64,000 nt of DNA from an uncultured delta proteobacterium. Lineage in GTDB: Bacteria > Desulfobacterota > Binatia > Binatales > Binataceae. The translations under genes were made by a program, and so were the position numbers. Each line of letters starts with the position of its first letter. The first letter of the stretch is position 1. A model generated the notes under the pieces. The model did not search any database. It had not been told where the DNA came from and worked only from the letters and a program-made list of their open reading frames with translations. Below are positions 12,018 to 21,752 of this stretch, piece by piece. The stretch covers positions 1,696,001 through 1,760,000 of the forward strand of contig CAWJET010000001.1 in assembly GCA_963842085.1 (NCBI GenBank), in the 5' to 3' direction.

Positions 12018-12112
12018 CTGCCGGATATTGGCACCTTCATCGCACTCGCGCTCGCTTGACCCGCCGCACGCGCTGCCGTAGCACAGTGAAAGAACCCAGG
12101 AGTACCGCCCCG

Positions 12113-12958
12113 ATGACGACACCGCACAGCGCCATTAGTCCCGATCACGTTGACGGCGCGCTCAACTACCTCGCCGGCAAGGATCAGCATCCTGTAACCT
12201 ATACCTATCAACCGCCGCCGGGCGTTCCCGCGCGCTCCGGCGCATACACTAAGATCACCGTGCCGATTCACAGCGCCCGCGCGATTATGAGCGAGCTCTC
12301 TCTCGACCGGCAGGGGTTCGCGGTCACGCGTCAGAACACTGCCGTCGCGAATTTTTTCGATCCCGAAGAAGTTCGCCGGGTCTATTATCCCGAAGTCGAA
12401 CGGCTGGTACGGGAATTTACCGGCGCGGTCAAAGTGCACGTGTTCGACCATAACGTCCGGTCGCGCCCGATGGCCAAGCGCCGCGAGAATGGCGCGCAGG
12501 AGCCGGTCAAGGTCGCCCACAATGACTACACGCTCAGGTCCGGGCCGCAGCGCGTTCGCGATCTCCTGCCCGGCCAGGCCGACGCACTGCTCAAGAACCG
12601 TTTCGCGATAATCAACGTCTGGCGCCCGATTCGCGGACCCGTGCAGGAGTCGCCGCTGGCCGTGTGCGACGCTCAAAGCATGGTGCAAGACGACTTCGTC
12701 AAGCACGTGCTCAAGTACCGCGATCGCGACGGCGAGGTTTACTCCGTCGCATTCAGCCCGAATCATCGATGGTACTACATTCCGAATCAGCAAAAGGAAG
12801 AAGTACTATTGCTCAAGTGCTACGACTCCGACGGTCGCCGCGCACGCTTCACCGCGCACTCCGCCTTCGAGGATCCCACCAGCCCGCCTGACGCGGCGCC
12901 GCGCGAAAGTGTCGAGGTGCGGACTCTGGTCTTCTTCGCGCCCGAAGCCGCCGCCTGA
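12113..12958 (+). CDS. CmcJ/NvfI/AsaB-family Fe(II)-dependent oxidoreductase
   Basis: LSLDRQGF, YYPEVE, FDHNVR, HNDYT (HxD), INVWRPI, PLAVCDA, HSAF, RESVEVR. Confidence 0.82.
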   Translation: MTTPHSAISPDHVDGALNYLAGKDQHPVTYTYQPPPGVPARSGAYTKITVPIHSARAIMSELSLDRQGFAVTRQNTAVANFFDPEEVRRVYYPEVERLVREFTGAVKVHVFDHNVRSRPMAKRRENGAQEPVKVAHNDYTLRSGPQRVRDLLPGQADALLKNRFAIINVWRPIRGPVQESPLAVCDAQSMVQDDFVKHVLKYRDRDGEVYSVAFSPNHRWYYIPNQQKEEVLLLKCYDSDGRRARFTAHSAFEDPTSPPDAAPRESVEVRTLVFFAPEAAA

Positions 12959-12980
12959 AGGCGCGTCGAAAGGAACGATC

Positions 12981-13922
12981 ATGGAATACCGCAAGCTTGG
13001 CAACTCGGGACTCAAGGTTTCAGCCGTCGGCCTCGGATGCAACAACTTCGGCATGCGATGCGACGCGGAACAGACGCGCGTCGTGGTACATAAGGCGCTC
13101 GACGAGGGCATCACGCTGTTCGACACGGCCGACATCTACGGCAATCGCGGCGGCTCCGAAGAGCTGCTCGGCAGGGCGCTCGGAGATCGCCGCCCCGAGG
13201 TTATCGTCGCCACCAAATTCGGCATGGCGATGGGCGACGGTCCCTACCTGCGCGGAGCGTCGCATCGCTACATCATGGCGGCCGCCGAGGCGAGCCTTAA
13301 ACGGCTGGGCACCGACTATATCGACCTGTATCAGATTCACCAGCCCGATCCCGAGACGCCTCAGCATGAAACGCTCGAAGCACTCAACGATCTCGTTCGC
13401 GCCGGCAAGGTCCGCTACATCGGACATAGCAACTTCGCCGCGTGGCAGGCTGTCGATGCGCACTGGATATCGCGCAGCCGCGGACTTGCCTCGTACGTCT
13501 CCGCGCAAAACCTGTACAACCTGCTCGACCGCCGCATCGAACGTGAGCTGATCCCCGCATGCCGCGAGTTCGGAGTAGGTATCCTGCCTTACTTTCCACT
13601 GGCTAGTGGATTTCTGACCGGCAAGTACAAGCGTGGCGCCGAGCCGCCAAAAGGCACGCGGCTCTCGCTGGTGCAGCGGATGGCGCAACAGGCGCTCACC
13701 GACGAAAACTTCGCGACGCTCGAACGGCTCGAGAAGTTCGCCAGCAGCCGCGAGCACACGATTCTCGAGCTGGCCGTCGGATGGCTCGCATCGCAGCCGC
13801 AAGTCTCAAGCGTAATCTCCGGCGCAACCAGTCCCGACCAGGTAACCCAGAACGTAAAAGCCGGCAATTGGAAGCTATCCGCCGAAGATCTCGCCGAAGT
13901 GGACAAACTAACCCGCCGCTAA
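12981..13922 (+). CDS. Aldo/keto reductase
   Basis: MEYRKLGNSGLKVS, FDTADIYG, ATKFG, SLKRLGTDYIDLYQIH, GKVRYIG. Confidence 0.95.
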   Translation: MEYRKLGNSGLKVSAVGLGCNNFGMRCDAEQTRVVVHKALDEGITLFDTADIYGNRGGSEELLGRALGDRRPEVIVATKFGMAMGDGPYLRGASHRYIMAAAEASLKRLGTDYIDLYQIHQPDPETPQHETLEALNDLVRAGKVRYIGHSNFAAWQAVDAHWISRSRGLASYVSAQNLYNLLDRRIERELIPACREFGVGILPYFPLASGFLTGKYKRGAEPPKGTRLSLVQRMAQQALTDENFATLERLEKFASSREHTILELAVGWLASQPQVSSVISGATSPDQVTQNVKAGNWKLSAEDLAEVDKLTRR

Positions 13923-13991
13923 GCGCTCGGGGTAGCATGCCTTGGTCGGTGCACACCGCTCGCCGGATGCGACCTCCGGTGAAAGACAGTC

Positions 13992-14366
13992 CTAGGACAT
14001 CTGCTTGGTGTACATCGCCATGTCGAAGTAGTCGCGCCATGCGCTGATCTTCGAGCCGCTTACCTCGAACACGCCTGCCACCGGCAATGAGATCGTTTTG
14101 CCGTTGCCCAGATCGAAGACGTCGACACGCTCGTTGAAGACCACGTTGCCGGCACCGGCGCTTCTCAGCACTTTGAACTGAATCGACTTGGCCATCGGCA
14201 GAAACATGTTGATGACGGCGCGGATGGCCTCTTTGCCTTTGGCCGGCTCGAGCGGGATGTTGTGATAGACGGCGTCATCGGTGAAGAAGCCGAGCAGCTC
14301 GTCGATATTCTTGCGCGGCCATGCGTTGCAGAATTCGGTCACGATTTTTTCAGCATCGGTAGCCAT
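13992..14366 (-). CDS. Limonene-1,2-epoxide hydrolase family protein (NTF2-like)
   Basis: DAVYHNIP, VFNERVD, LPVAGVFEV, WRDYFD motifs. Confidence 0.88.
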   Translation of the reverse strand: MATDAEKIVTEFCNAWPRKNIDELLGFFTDDAVYHNIPLEPAKGKEAIRAVINMFLPMAKSIQFKVLRSAGAGNVVFNERVDVFDLGNGKTISLPVAGVFEVSGSKISAWRDYFDMAMYTKQMS

Positions 14367-14392
14367 GGCGATTTCTCCTGTGGCGCGAGCGC

Positions 14393-14881
14393 CTATTCAT
14401 TGTCGAGATAGAAACGGTCCTCGTCCTTGTTATAGCCGAACAGCTCGGCGTAACGCCCCCAGTTTACCAGCGTCTGAAATTGGCGCTCGGGCTTTTCGCT
14501 CGGCAGGAGCATCGCGAGGTGTTCGAGCACGATTTCCTTGTTGAGAGATTTGTCCTCGGCGCCGCGAAGCAGGCGGATGAAATAGCTGAAAAGGCCGTGT
14601 TTCCTCAATTGCTCGCGCAACATCAGCTTGCGTTCGTTGATCTTCGCGGCGAGAAATTGTTTTCCGAGCGGCTCGATCACCACGTCGCCGACCGGAGTTG
14701 AAACGAAGCCGAGGATTTCCCCGGCCTTCATCACCTTGAGCAGATCGCCGAATTTGAAATTGAGATCGCGCGCAATTTTGTAGCCGTCCTCGCGCCCGCC
14801 GCGGTCCTCGAGCAATTCGAGCAGGCCGAAGACCAGAGTCAGGCCGATATCGGGCAGCGGAGTGATGGACGCAGGAGGCAT
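14393..14881 (-). CDS. Stand-alone AAA-associated C-terminal domain of a NitT/TauT-type ATPase
   Basis: GLLELL...E(I)LGF...WGRYAELFGY motifs. TGATG coupling to the upstream ATPase. Confidence 0.8.
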   Translation of the reverse strand: MPPASITPLPDIGLTLVFGLLELLEDRGGREDGYKIARDLNFKFGDLLKVMKAGEILGFVSTPVGDVVIEPLGKQFLAAKINERKLMLREQLRKHGLFSYFIRLLRGAEDKSLNKEIVLEHLAMLLPSEKPERQFQTLVNWGRYAELFGYNKDEDRFYLDNE

Positions 14882-15639
14882 CAGCCGCGCTCCTCGATCA
14901 GCGAAAAGACCTGGTCGGTGAGGGCGTTGAAAGTTTCACTGCGGCGGTCGCGCGGTCTTGGCAATTCGACCTTGAGATCCTTGACGACGCGTCCGGGACT
15001 CGAAGCCATCACGATGATCCGATCGGCCAGCTCGATAGCCTCCTCGATTATGTGAGTGACCAGCACGATATTCTTCACCGGCATGTCGGGCGACTGCCAG
15101 ATGTCGAGCATTTCTTCGCGCAGCGTGATCGCGGTCAGGGCGTCGAGCGCCGAGAACGGCTCGTCCATCAGGAGCACCTTGGGTTCGACGGCGAGCGCGC
15201 GCGCGAAACCGACGCGCTGCTTCATTCCGCCGGAGAGCTCGCGCGGGTACGCCTCTTCGAAGCCGTCGAGGCCGACCTTGTCGATGTAGATTCCGGCGCG
15301 CTTTTCGCGCTCAGCCACCGGCAATCCCTGCGCTTCGAGGCCGAGCTCGACGTTGGCCTTGACCGACAGCCACGGCAGCAGCGCGAACGACTGAAACACG
15401 AGCGCGCACTCGAGATTGATCCCATCGACCTGGCGGCCGCGGTACAGCACCTGTCCGGACGTCATCGGCACGATGCCGTTGATGATGCGCAGGAGGGTCG
15501 ACTTGCCGCATCCCGAGGGTCCGACGATCGCCACGAACTCGCCCTCCTCGACGTCGAAGGTGATGTCGTCGAGCACCTGCAGTGTGCCCTTGGCATGCGC
15601 GAAACTTTTCGAGATGTGCTTGAGCTCGAGGAAGGCCAT
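14881..15639 (-). CDS. NitT/TauT-family ABC transporter ATP-binding protein
   Basis: GPSGCGKST, VFQSFALLPW, YPRELSGGMKQRVG, LLMDEPFSALD. Confidence 0.93.
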   Translation of the reverse strand: MAFLELKHISKSFAHAKGTLQVLDDITFDVEEGEFVAIVGPSGCGKSTLLRIINGIVPMTSGQVLYRGRQVDGINLECALVFQSFALLPWLSVKANVELGLEAQGLPVAEREKRAGIYIDKVGLDGFEEAYPRELSGGMKQRVGFARALAVEPKVLLMDEPFSALDALTAITLREEMLDIWQSPDMPVKNIVLVTHIIEEAIELADRIIVMASSPGRVVKDLKVELPRPRDRRSETFNALTDQVFSLIEERG

Positions 15640-15677
15640 GGGTCAGGTGAGTCCGAATCGCACATAGTAAGGACGCG

Positions 15678-17405
15678 TCAGTAGTCCAGCCTGTAGCGCT
15701 CCGTGGCCAGGTTGTACAAGGGCCGCCACATAAGCCGGTTCAACAGTAGCACCACCGCTATCATTGATAGGAGGCTCAGCAGGATCATCACGCCGTTGCC
15801 GGATTTGTAGGTGGCGGCGTCCAGCAGCGAGCCGATTCCGAGCACCTGGTAGGTCTGGTTTTTGTACACGAAATACTCCGACAGGATTAGGGCGTTCCAT
15901 CCTCCGCCCCAGGCCGTGATGCTGCCGGTGATCAGCGACGGCGTCACGGCCGGGAGAATCAGCTTGCGCCATCGCGCGAAGCGCGAGAGCCCGAACGCAC
16001 GCGCGGCTTCCTTCAAGTCCTCGGGCACCTGGTTGATTCCGGCGAGCAGGTTGAACAACAGATACCATTGCATGCCGGTGAGGATGAGCAGAATCGACGC
16101 AAGATTCATCCCGCCGGTAACCTCGATCACGAAGATTACGATGATCGGAAACAGCGCCGTCGCCGGCATCGAGCCGACAATTTCAGCGATCGGCGAGAGG
16201 ATTCGGTTGAAGCGGCCGTTCTCGCTGGCCGCCAGCGCGCACGGCACCGTCCATGCCAGCGAGATCACGTAGGCGATTGTCATGCGAATCGTGGAGAGGA
16301 CGATCGCCTCGGGAATTTGTCTCACGTCGGACGGCCACGGCTCCGATAGCGTTTTTGTCAACGCGACGAATCCCCTGAGCAATGCCCAAGCGGCGAAGAT
16401 CACGATCGCGCAGATCACCAGCGTCCGCACAACTTGGCCGACGCGCCGGCTTTGTTCGGGCGAGAGCTGTGGACCACGCGGTATCGCCTCCAGCGCGCTG
16501 GCGATCAGCCTCATGGGAGGCAACATGATCGAGCGTAGTGCGTGCGTGACGGCGGGTCCGACGCCCGCGAGTGCGTCGAACATCCCCAGCGATTGCGCCG
16601 CGCCGGAGGATGCCGCAAATTCGTACTTGAACTTTTCCGCCCAGGTCGAGAGCGGCTGCCACACGATCATGTCCATCGCCACGATGATCGCAAGCAGGGT
16701 CAGAAGGCCGGCGCCGAGATCGAAGGTGCGTCCGTTCTCGGCGGCCTCCCACAAAAAACTGCCCAGCCCCGGCAGCCGGTAGCTGGCGGGACCGACCGTG
16801 ATGATTTCGCATGCGATGAGGAAGTACCAGCCCGCGACCCACGACAGGATCGAGTTGTACACCAGCTTCGGCACGCTGGCCGGCAGCAGCAGGCGCTTGA
16901 ACCTGAGCCATCCGCGCCCGCCGAACGACTCGAGCGCATCCCTGGAGTCGTCCGGAATCGTCTTGACCGCTTCGTAAACGCCGAGCGCCATGTTCCACGC
17001 CTGGCTGGTGAAGATGAGAAAGACTGCCGCCATCTCGACGCCGAGGCGGCTGCCGTGCGCCAGCGCGACGAAGAAATAAACTGCGGCGGGAAAAAAGCCA
17101 ACCACCGGTACCGACTGCGCGATGTCGATGGCGGGAATCAGGATGCGCTCGTAGAGCCCGCCGCGCGCCGCCGCCATGCCGTAGATGATCGAAAAAATCA
17201 GCGCGATGACATACGCGGCGAGCATCCGGTAAAACGAGCAGAACGCGTAATATGGAAGATGCCGGGTCGAGACGGGGACGTAGTGCGGAATCAGATGCTC
17301 GGCATGGCTGCGATACGCGAAGAACAGCGCGATTATCGCCGCCAGCGCGAGAAACGAGAGCGAGCCGCTGATCAGACGGCGGGTGTTTATTTCGAACTTG
17401 AACAT
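15678..17405 (-). CDS. ABC transporter permease with two fused BPD_transp_1 domains
   Basis: Two EAA-like loops (DALESFG; EAARAFGLS), QSVPVVGFFP, GGGWNALI. Start taken at MFKFEIN; the frame is open to 17522. Confidence 0.88.
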   Translation of the reverse strand: MFKFEINTRRLISGSLSFLALAAIIALFFAYRSHAEHLIPHYVPVSTRHLPYYAFCSFYRMLAAYVIALIFSIIYGMAAARGGLYERILIPAIDIAQSVPVVGFFPAAVYFFVALAHGSRLGVEMAAVFLIFTSQAWNMALGVYEAVKTIPDDSRDALESFGGRGWLRFKRLLLPASVPKLVYNSILSWVAGWYFLIACEIITVGPASYRLPGLGSFLWEAAENGRTFDLGAGLLTLLAIIVAMDMIVWQPLSTWAEKFKYEFAASSGAAQSLGMFDALAGVGPAVTHALRSIMLPPMRLIASALEAIPRGPQLSPEQSRRVGQVVRTLVICAIVIFAAWALLRGFVALTKTLSEPWPSDVRQIPEAIVLSTIRMTIAYVISLAWTVPCALAASENGRFNRILSPIAEIVGSMPATALFPIIVIFVIEVTGGMNLASILLILTGMQWYLLFNLLAGINQVPEDLKEAARAFGLSRFARWRKLILPAVTPSLITGSITAWGGGWNALILSEYFVYKNQTYQVLGIGSLLDAATYKSGNGVMILLSLLSMIAVVLLLNRLMWRPLYNLATERYRLDY

Positions 17406-17551
17406 ATTCGCGTGATCCGAAACCCTCAGCATAGCCGCGCCCGCGCTTCGCTCAAGGGCAAATTGCATTTCGGACAAATTAATTTTCGGCGCGCCGGCGT
17501 TGACAACGCGCGCTCCCCGCAATAGCGAAAGCGCAAGAGCGAAAAACGATC

Positions 17552-19216
17552 ATGGCGGGCGCGGGAAAAATACCGGACGGCGAGTGGCGGCTCGACGATG
17601 AATCGAGCGAGCGCGCCGGGCAGCCGCGATTCACGCCGCCACCGCCGCAGCTCGCCGCCAACCTGAGCCACCAACGGCTGACGCGAGCGGTTTACGTCGT
17701 CACGGCGGAGCATCTCGCCTGGTACCTGGTCGCGGCGTATGCGCTCGTCACGCGCACGATAGCTCTGGGAGCGCGTCCGCTCGATGCGGCGCAGGGAACG
17801 GATGCGCTCGCGGCGTTGGTCATTGCGGCCCATGGCCGCCGCGCTTTCGCCTTGGCGGACGCCTCGTGGGTGACGATGCTCCAGGGCTGGATCTTCGCCG
17901 CGGCCGGCGCGACCGATGCCAACTCGCGGATCGTCGTGACGCTGTGCGGCCTGCTGATGCTCGCGACCGGCCTTGCGATGCGCCCGGCGCTGGGGCGCGC
18001 GGGCGCGATCGCCTTTGCCGCTTTGCTCGCGATTTCGCCGAGCGTGACTTATTTTTCGCGCGGCGGTTCGACGGTGATCGCCTCGCTGGCGTTCATGATG
18101 ATCGCGATCGCAATCGCAGAGAGCATGCGCCGGCGGCCGGGCGCGATGCGCGCGGCGTCGTTGGGTGTCGCGATCGCGCTGTGGCTCACGGCGGATCCGA
18201 TTGGCTACGTGACCGGCGTGGCGACGCTCGTGTCGCTGATTCTCGTCGGCGCGGCCGACGCTGTGCGGATCGATAATCGGCGCTTGCGCGTGCGCGTCTG
18301 GTGGGCGCGGCGCCGCGCGCTCGTGATGGTCTGCGCAATCGTCGCAAGCGGCCTTTGGCTCGTTCTGACGACGGCTTTTTTTCACCGTTCTCTGGTGGCA
18401 GCCGTCGAATACTATTTACAAGCTGCATTCGCTTCGCCGTCGATCGCCTTTCACCGCGCCGTTCACAGATTGATTCCGATGCTGGTGTTTTACGAATTCA
18501 CTATAGTAGCTCTCGCGATCGCCGGCACCGCGACGATCGTTTCGCGGCGTATCGGCGACCGCTTTGCGGTGTGGTCGGTGGTGTGGGCAATCGTCAGCAT
18601 CGCGATGCCGGCGTCGCTGAGCGCGAATCGACCCGAGGCGGTCGTCGCAATCGTTCTGCCGCTGGCCCTCGTCGGCTCTTACGCGATCGATTGGATGCAT
18701 CAGTCGGAACGATGGAACTCGATTCGTTACGCGGTCGCGGCGGCTGCCGTGCTCACGCTCTACCTTCAGCTTGCCACCAATTTTGTTCATCAAGCGCCCG
18801 ACACGAGTGAGGCGGCGTGGCGCAGGCATGCGTTGCTGTTCTGGTCCGAGCCGGCGACATCGATTCAGACGGTCAGGGAATGTGCTCGCGTACTAAGTGC
18901 GATTTCTCCGGCGGGCGCGAGCGCGGTGATTCCCGACGATGCGCCGCAGGTGCAATGGTACCTTCGCGACTTTGCGCTGACTGATTCGCCCGCGTCAGCG
19001 AGCGTCATCGTGACCCTCGGCAAGACCCAAAGCGGCGCGCTCGCGGGCAACCCTGACGCGCCGCAGTTTGGATTCGAGGAATGGTGGACGCCGGATTTCG
19101 GCGAGCTGACGATGGCACGCGCACTCCGCTATTTTTTCACGCAACGCGCGTGGAACGACGTCGAGATCCGCGACCTCGAGATCTCAATCCCGCGGTCTGA
19201 GAAACCGCCTTCGTGA
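17552..19216 (+). CDS. Polytopic membrane protein resembling GT-C/PMT-like (TIGR03663/Agl23-like) proteins
   Basis: About 12 TM segments, LG-R-L start motif, LLAISPSVTYFSR, late WYLRDF. Confidence 0.55.
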   Translation: MAGAGKIPDGEWRLDDESSERAGQPRFTPPPPQLAANLSHQRLTRAVYVVTAEHLAWYLVAAYALVTRTIALGARPLDAAQGTDALAALVIAAHGRRAFALADASWVTMLQGWIFAAAGATDANSRIVVTLCGLLMLATGLAMRPALGRAGAIAFAALLAISPSVTYFSRGGSTVIASLAFMMIAIAIAESMRRRPGAMRAASLGVAIALWLTADPIGYVTGVATLVSLILVGAADAVRIDNRRLRVRVWWARRRALVMVCAIVASGLWLVLTTAFFHRSLVAAVEYYLQAAFASPSIAFHRAVHRLIPMLVFYEFTIVALAIAGTATIVSRRIGDRFAVWSVVWAIVSIAMPASLSANRPEAVVAIVLPLALVGSYAIDWMHQSERWNSIRYAVAAAAVLTLYLQLATNFVHQAPDTSEAAWRRHALLFWSEPATSIQTVRECARVLSAISPAGASAVIPDDAPQVQWYLRDFALTDSPASASVIVTLGKTQSGALAGNPDAPQFGFEEWWTPDFGELTMARALRYFFTQRAWNDVEIRDLEISIPRSEKPPS

Positions 19217-19334
19217 ATTCTTGCGCGCCGACCGTGGCTTTGCGATAAACTGCACAGACCGCGCATCGCGCAACCCTTTTTCCCGTGTTCGTTGCCCGCG
19301 CGTACTCTGATCCCGTTCAATTCAAGGAGCGCCG

Positions 19335-20018
19335 ATGGACTCAGTGGTGAAATTCCTGCAACCCCTTGACCTGCATCCGGTCGCCGATCACTTCACGGTC
19401 GCGCTGCTGATCGTCGCGGTGCTGATCGATCTGGTCGCGAGCGCCGCCCCCAATCGCCTCTGGCTTCGCTACACCGCCCTGACGCTGATGGTTCTCGGGG
19501 CGCTCGCCGCGGGAGCTTCGTACGCGACGGGCGATATGGAAGCCGACCGCATCTGGAACGCGCTGGGACAGCCGGCCAAGGATGTTCTGAAGAGGCACGC
19601 GGAGCTGGGCGAGTACCTCGCGATTACGTTCGGCATCCTCGCGGTGTGGCGAATCCTGATTCAGTCGTTCGGCTTCATGGCGGGCTCGCGCGCGATCTAC
19701 CTGATCGTCGCGGTCGTCGCGGTTGTGACGCTGGGTTACTCGGCGCATCTCGGCGGTGAACTCGTGTACGATTACGGCGCCGGCACGGCGCTGATGGCGT
19801 CCGCTCCGGTTCCGTCGGAAGTCGCCAGCCCTGCGGCGGCGCCCAGTACCTCGGGACCGCTACCGACGGTGTCGGTGCCGACTCCCGAGGCAACGTCCAG
19901 CGCGCCGCCGGCGGTTCCCGCAGCGCCGGCATCGCCGATGGAATCGCCAAAGTCGGGCAGCATGCCGACTGCGATTCCTACCGCTCAGCCGTCAGCCATG
20001 TCGAGCGCAAGCATGTGA
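19335..20018 (+). CDS. DUF2231-like membrane protein with a Pro/Ala/Ser-rich tail
   Basis: LHPVADHFTVALL, HAELG, AHLGGELVY. AGGAG ribosome-binding site. Confidence 0.75.
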   Translation: MDSVVKFLQPLDLHPVADHFTVALLIVAVLIDLVASAAPNRLWLRYTALTLMVLGALAAGASYATGDMEADRIWNALGQPAKDVLKRHAELGEYLAITFGILAVWRILIQSFGFMAGSRAIYLIVAVVAVVTLGYSAHLGGELVYDYGAGTALMASAPVPSEVASPAAAPSTSGPLPTVSVPTPEATSSAPPAVPAAPASPMESPKSGSMPTAIPTAQPSAMSSASM

Positions 20019-20316
20019 AGCGATCGAAGTTGGACGCACTCCTGAAAGCAATCCGCGACTTCAACGAGGTGCACTCAAAACAGAAGTAGGTGTCGAGTGC
20101 TGGACAGAACAGCAGCAGCCATCGAAAACGGAATCAAGGCTCGCCTGCACCTGGGCGCGCAGGTCTAGAGGGCGTCGCGATGCGCCCCGACACGCTGATG
20201 CTGTGGATGCCGTCGATCAAGCCGTTGAGCCGCGATTTTGCGATGTTGCACAGCCCTGTCGCGCTGCGGTAACTGTCGTTCAGAACGGAACACTCGTTTC
20301 CGCAATGGAGGCCGTC

Positions 20317-21549
20317 GTGGACAACAGGCTCGGTTTTGGCGTCTTTCTCGCTCCTCATCATCCGATCGGCGAACATCCGATGCTCCAGTTGGAGCGCGAT
20401 CTCGAACTCGCCACCCTGCTCGACGGCCTCGGTTACGACGAGTTCTGGGTCGGCGAGCATCATTCGGGCGGATGGGAAACTATCGCGTCGCCCGAAATGT
20501 TCCTGGCGGCGGCCGCACAGCGCACCCAGCGGATCAAGCTCGGCACCGGCGTGGTCTCGATCCCGTACCATCACCCGTTCACCGTCGCCCAGCGAATGGT
20601 GATGCTCGATATGCTGAGTCGTGGGCGCGCGATGCTCGGCGTCGGACCCGGAGCGCTGCCGTCGGACGCGTTCATGCTCGGCATCGATCCGATGACCCAG
20701 CGCGACCAGATGGACGAAGGGCTCGGCGTGATCATCCGGCTGCTGAACGAGCGCGAACCGATCACCGTCGATGGCTCGTGGTATCGCTTGCGCGATGCGG
20801 CGTTGCATCTGCGGCCGCTGCAGAAGCAGCTGCCGATAGCGGTCGCGTCGATGATCTCGCCGGCTGGGATGAAGGCCGCGGGCAAGTACGGCGTCGGCGT
20901 GCTGTCGGTCGCGTCGTACATGCAGGAGGGGCTGACCGCGCTCAAAACGCAGTGGAGCTTCGCCGAAAGTTCCGCCAAGGAACACGGCAAGCAGGTCGAT
21001 CGCGCAAACTGGCGCATCGTCATGCCGTTTCATCTGGCGGATTCGAAGGAGCAAGCCTGGCGCGAGGTCGCCGACGGGCTCAAGCGCTGGAACAACGAGT
21101 ACGTCGTCGGAATTCTCGGACGTCCCGACGGAAAAGATTTCGAAGACGGCTACCAGGCGGCCAAGTTCATGGACGAGTTCGGCGGCGGAATCTTCGGCAC
21201 GCCTGAAGACGCGCTCGAGAAGCTCGCCAAGTTGCAGGAGCTGTCGGGCGGCTTCGGCACAATCCTGAGTTTCGCGCACGACTGGGCGCCGCGCGAAAAA
21301 ATGTGGCGCAGCTACGAGCTGCTCGCGCGCTACGTGATGCCGCGATGCCAGGGCTTGCTCGATTCTATCGACGCGAGCGCCGCCCGCGTCACCGCCAAGA
21401 AGCAGACGCTGATGGCGGCCGCGACTGGCGCGATCATGAAAGCGATCAGCTCGGATAAGAACGCGGCCGAGGCGATGGCGAATACTGTGGCCGGCCCCTT
21501 CAAGATCGCGCCCGCACAAAGCGTCGAGACCGCTCGCCCCGGCAAGTGA
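20317..21549 (+). CDS. LLM-class flavin-dependent monooxygenase (limonene 1,2-monooxygenase-like)
   Basis: FGVFLAPHH, LGYDEFWVGEHHSGGWE, IKLGTGVVSIPYHHP, GVGPGALPSDA. GTG 20317 follows GGAGG. Confidence 0.88.
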   Translation: MDNRLGFGVFLAPHHPIGEHPMLQLERDLELATLLDGLGYDEFWVGEHHSGGWETIASPEMFLAAAAQRTQRIKLGTGVVSIPYHHPFTVAQRMVMLDMLSRGRAMLGVGPGALPSDAFMLGIDPMTQRDQMDEGLGVIIRLLNEREPITVDGSWYRLRDAALHLRPLQKQLPIAVASMISPAGMKAAGKYGVGVLSVASYMQEGLTALKTQWSFAESSAKEHGKQVDRANWRIVMPFHLADSKEQAWREVADGLKRWNNEYVVGILGRPDGKDFEDGYQAAKFMDEFGGGIFGTPEDALEKLAKLQELSGGFGTILSFAHDWAPREKMWRSYELLARYVMPRCQGLLDSIDASAARVTAKKQTLMAAATGAIMKAISSDKNAAEAMANTVAGPFKIAPAQSVETARPGK

Positions 21550-21570
21550 AAATCGCACTGATAAAAGAGA

Positions 21571-21648
21571 GCGTGTAACCCACGGCGGGTTTCACACCAC
21601 TCCGGGCGCATCGTTTCTTAATACTGAGTGCAGGGGGTCACCCCTGCC
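21571..21648. repeat. REP composite, family A
   Basis: GTGTAACCCACGGCGGGTTTCAC and GCAGGGGGTCACCCCTGC palindromes. Confidence 0.75.
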
Positions 21649-21752
21649 AACCGTTGTCGCGTTGTGGAAACAACGCCGCGCGGCCTCTTGCGGGACCCGA
21701 TCCTCGCGGCAGACGATAGTGATGTGGCGCAGCATCGAGCCGCGCCGCGCCG

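Noticed and set aside
20019-20300. Short coding-like fragment (SKLDALLKAIRDFNEVHSKQK*) after the DUF2231 gene
   Set aside because: No start codon or recognisable family, and too short to support.
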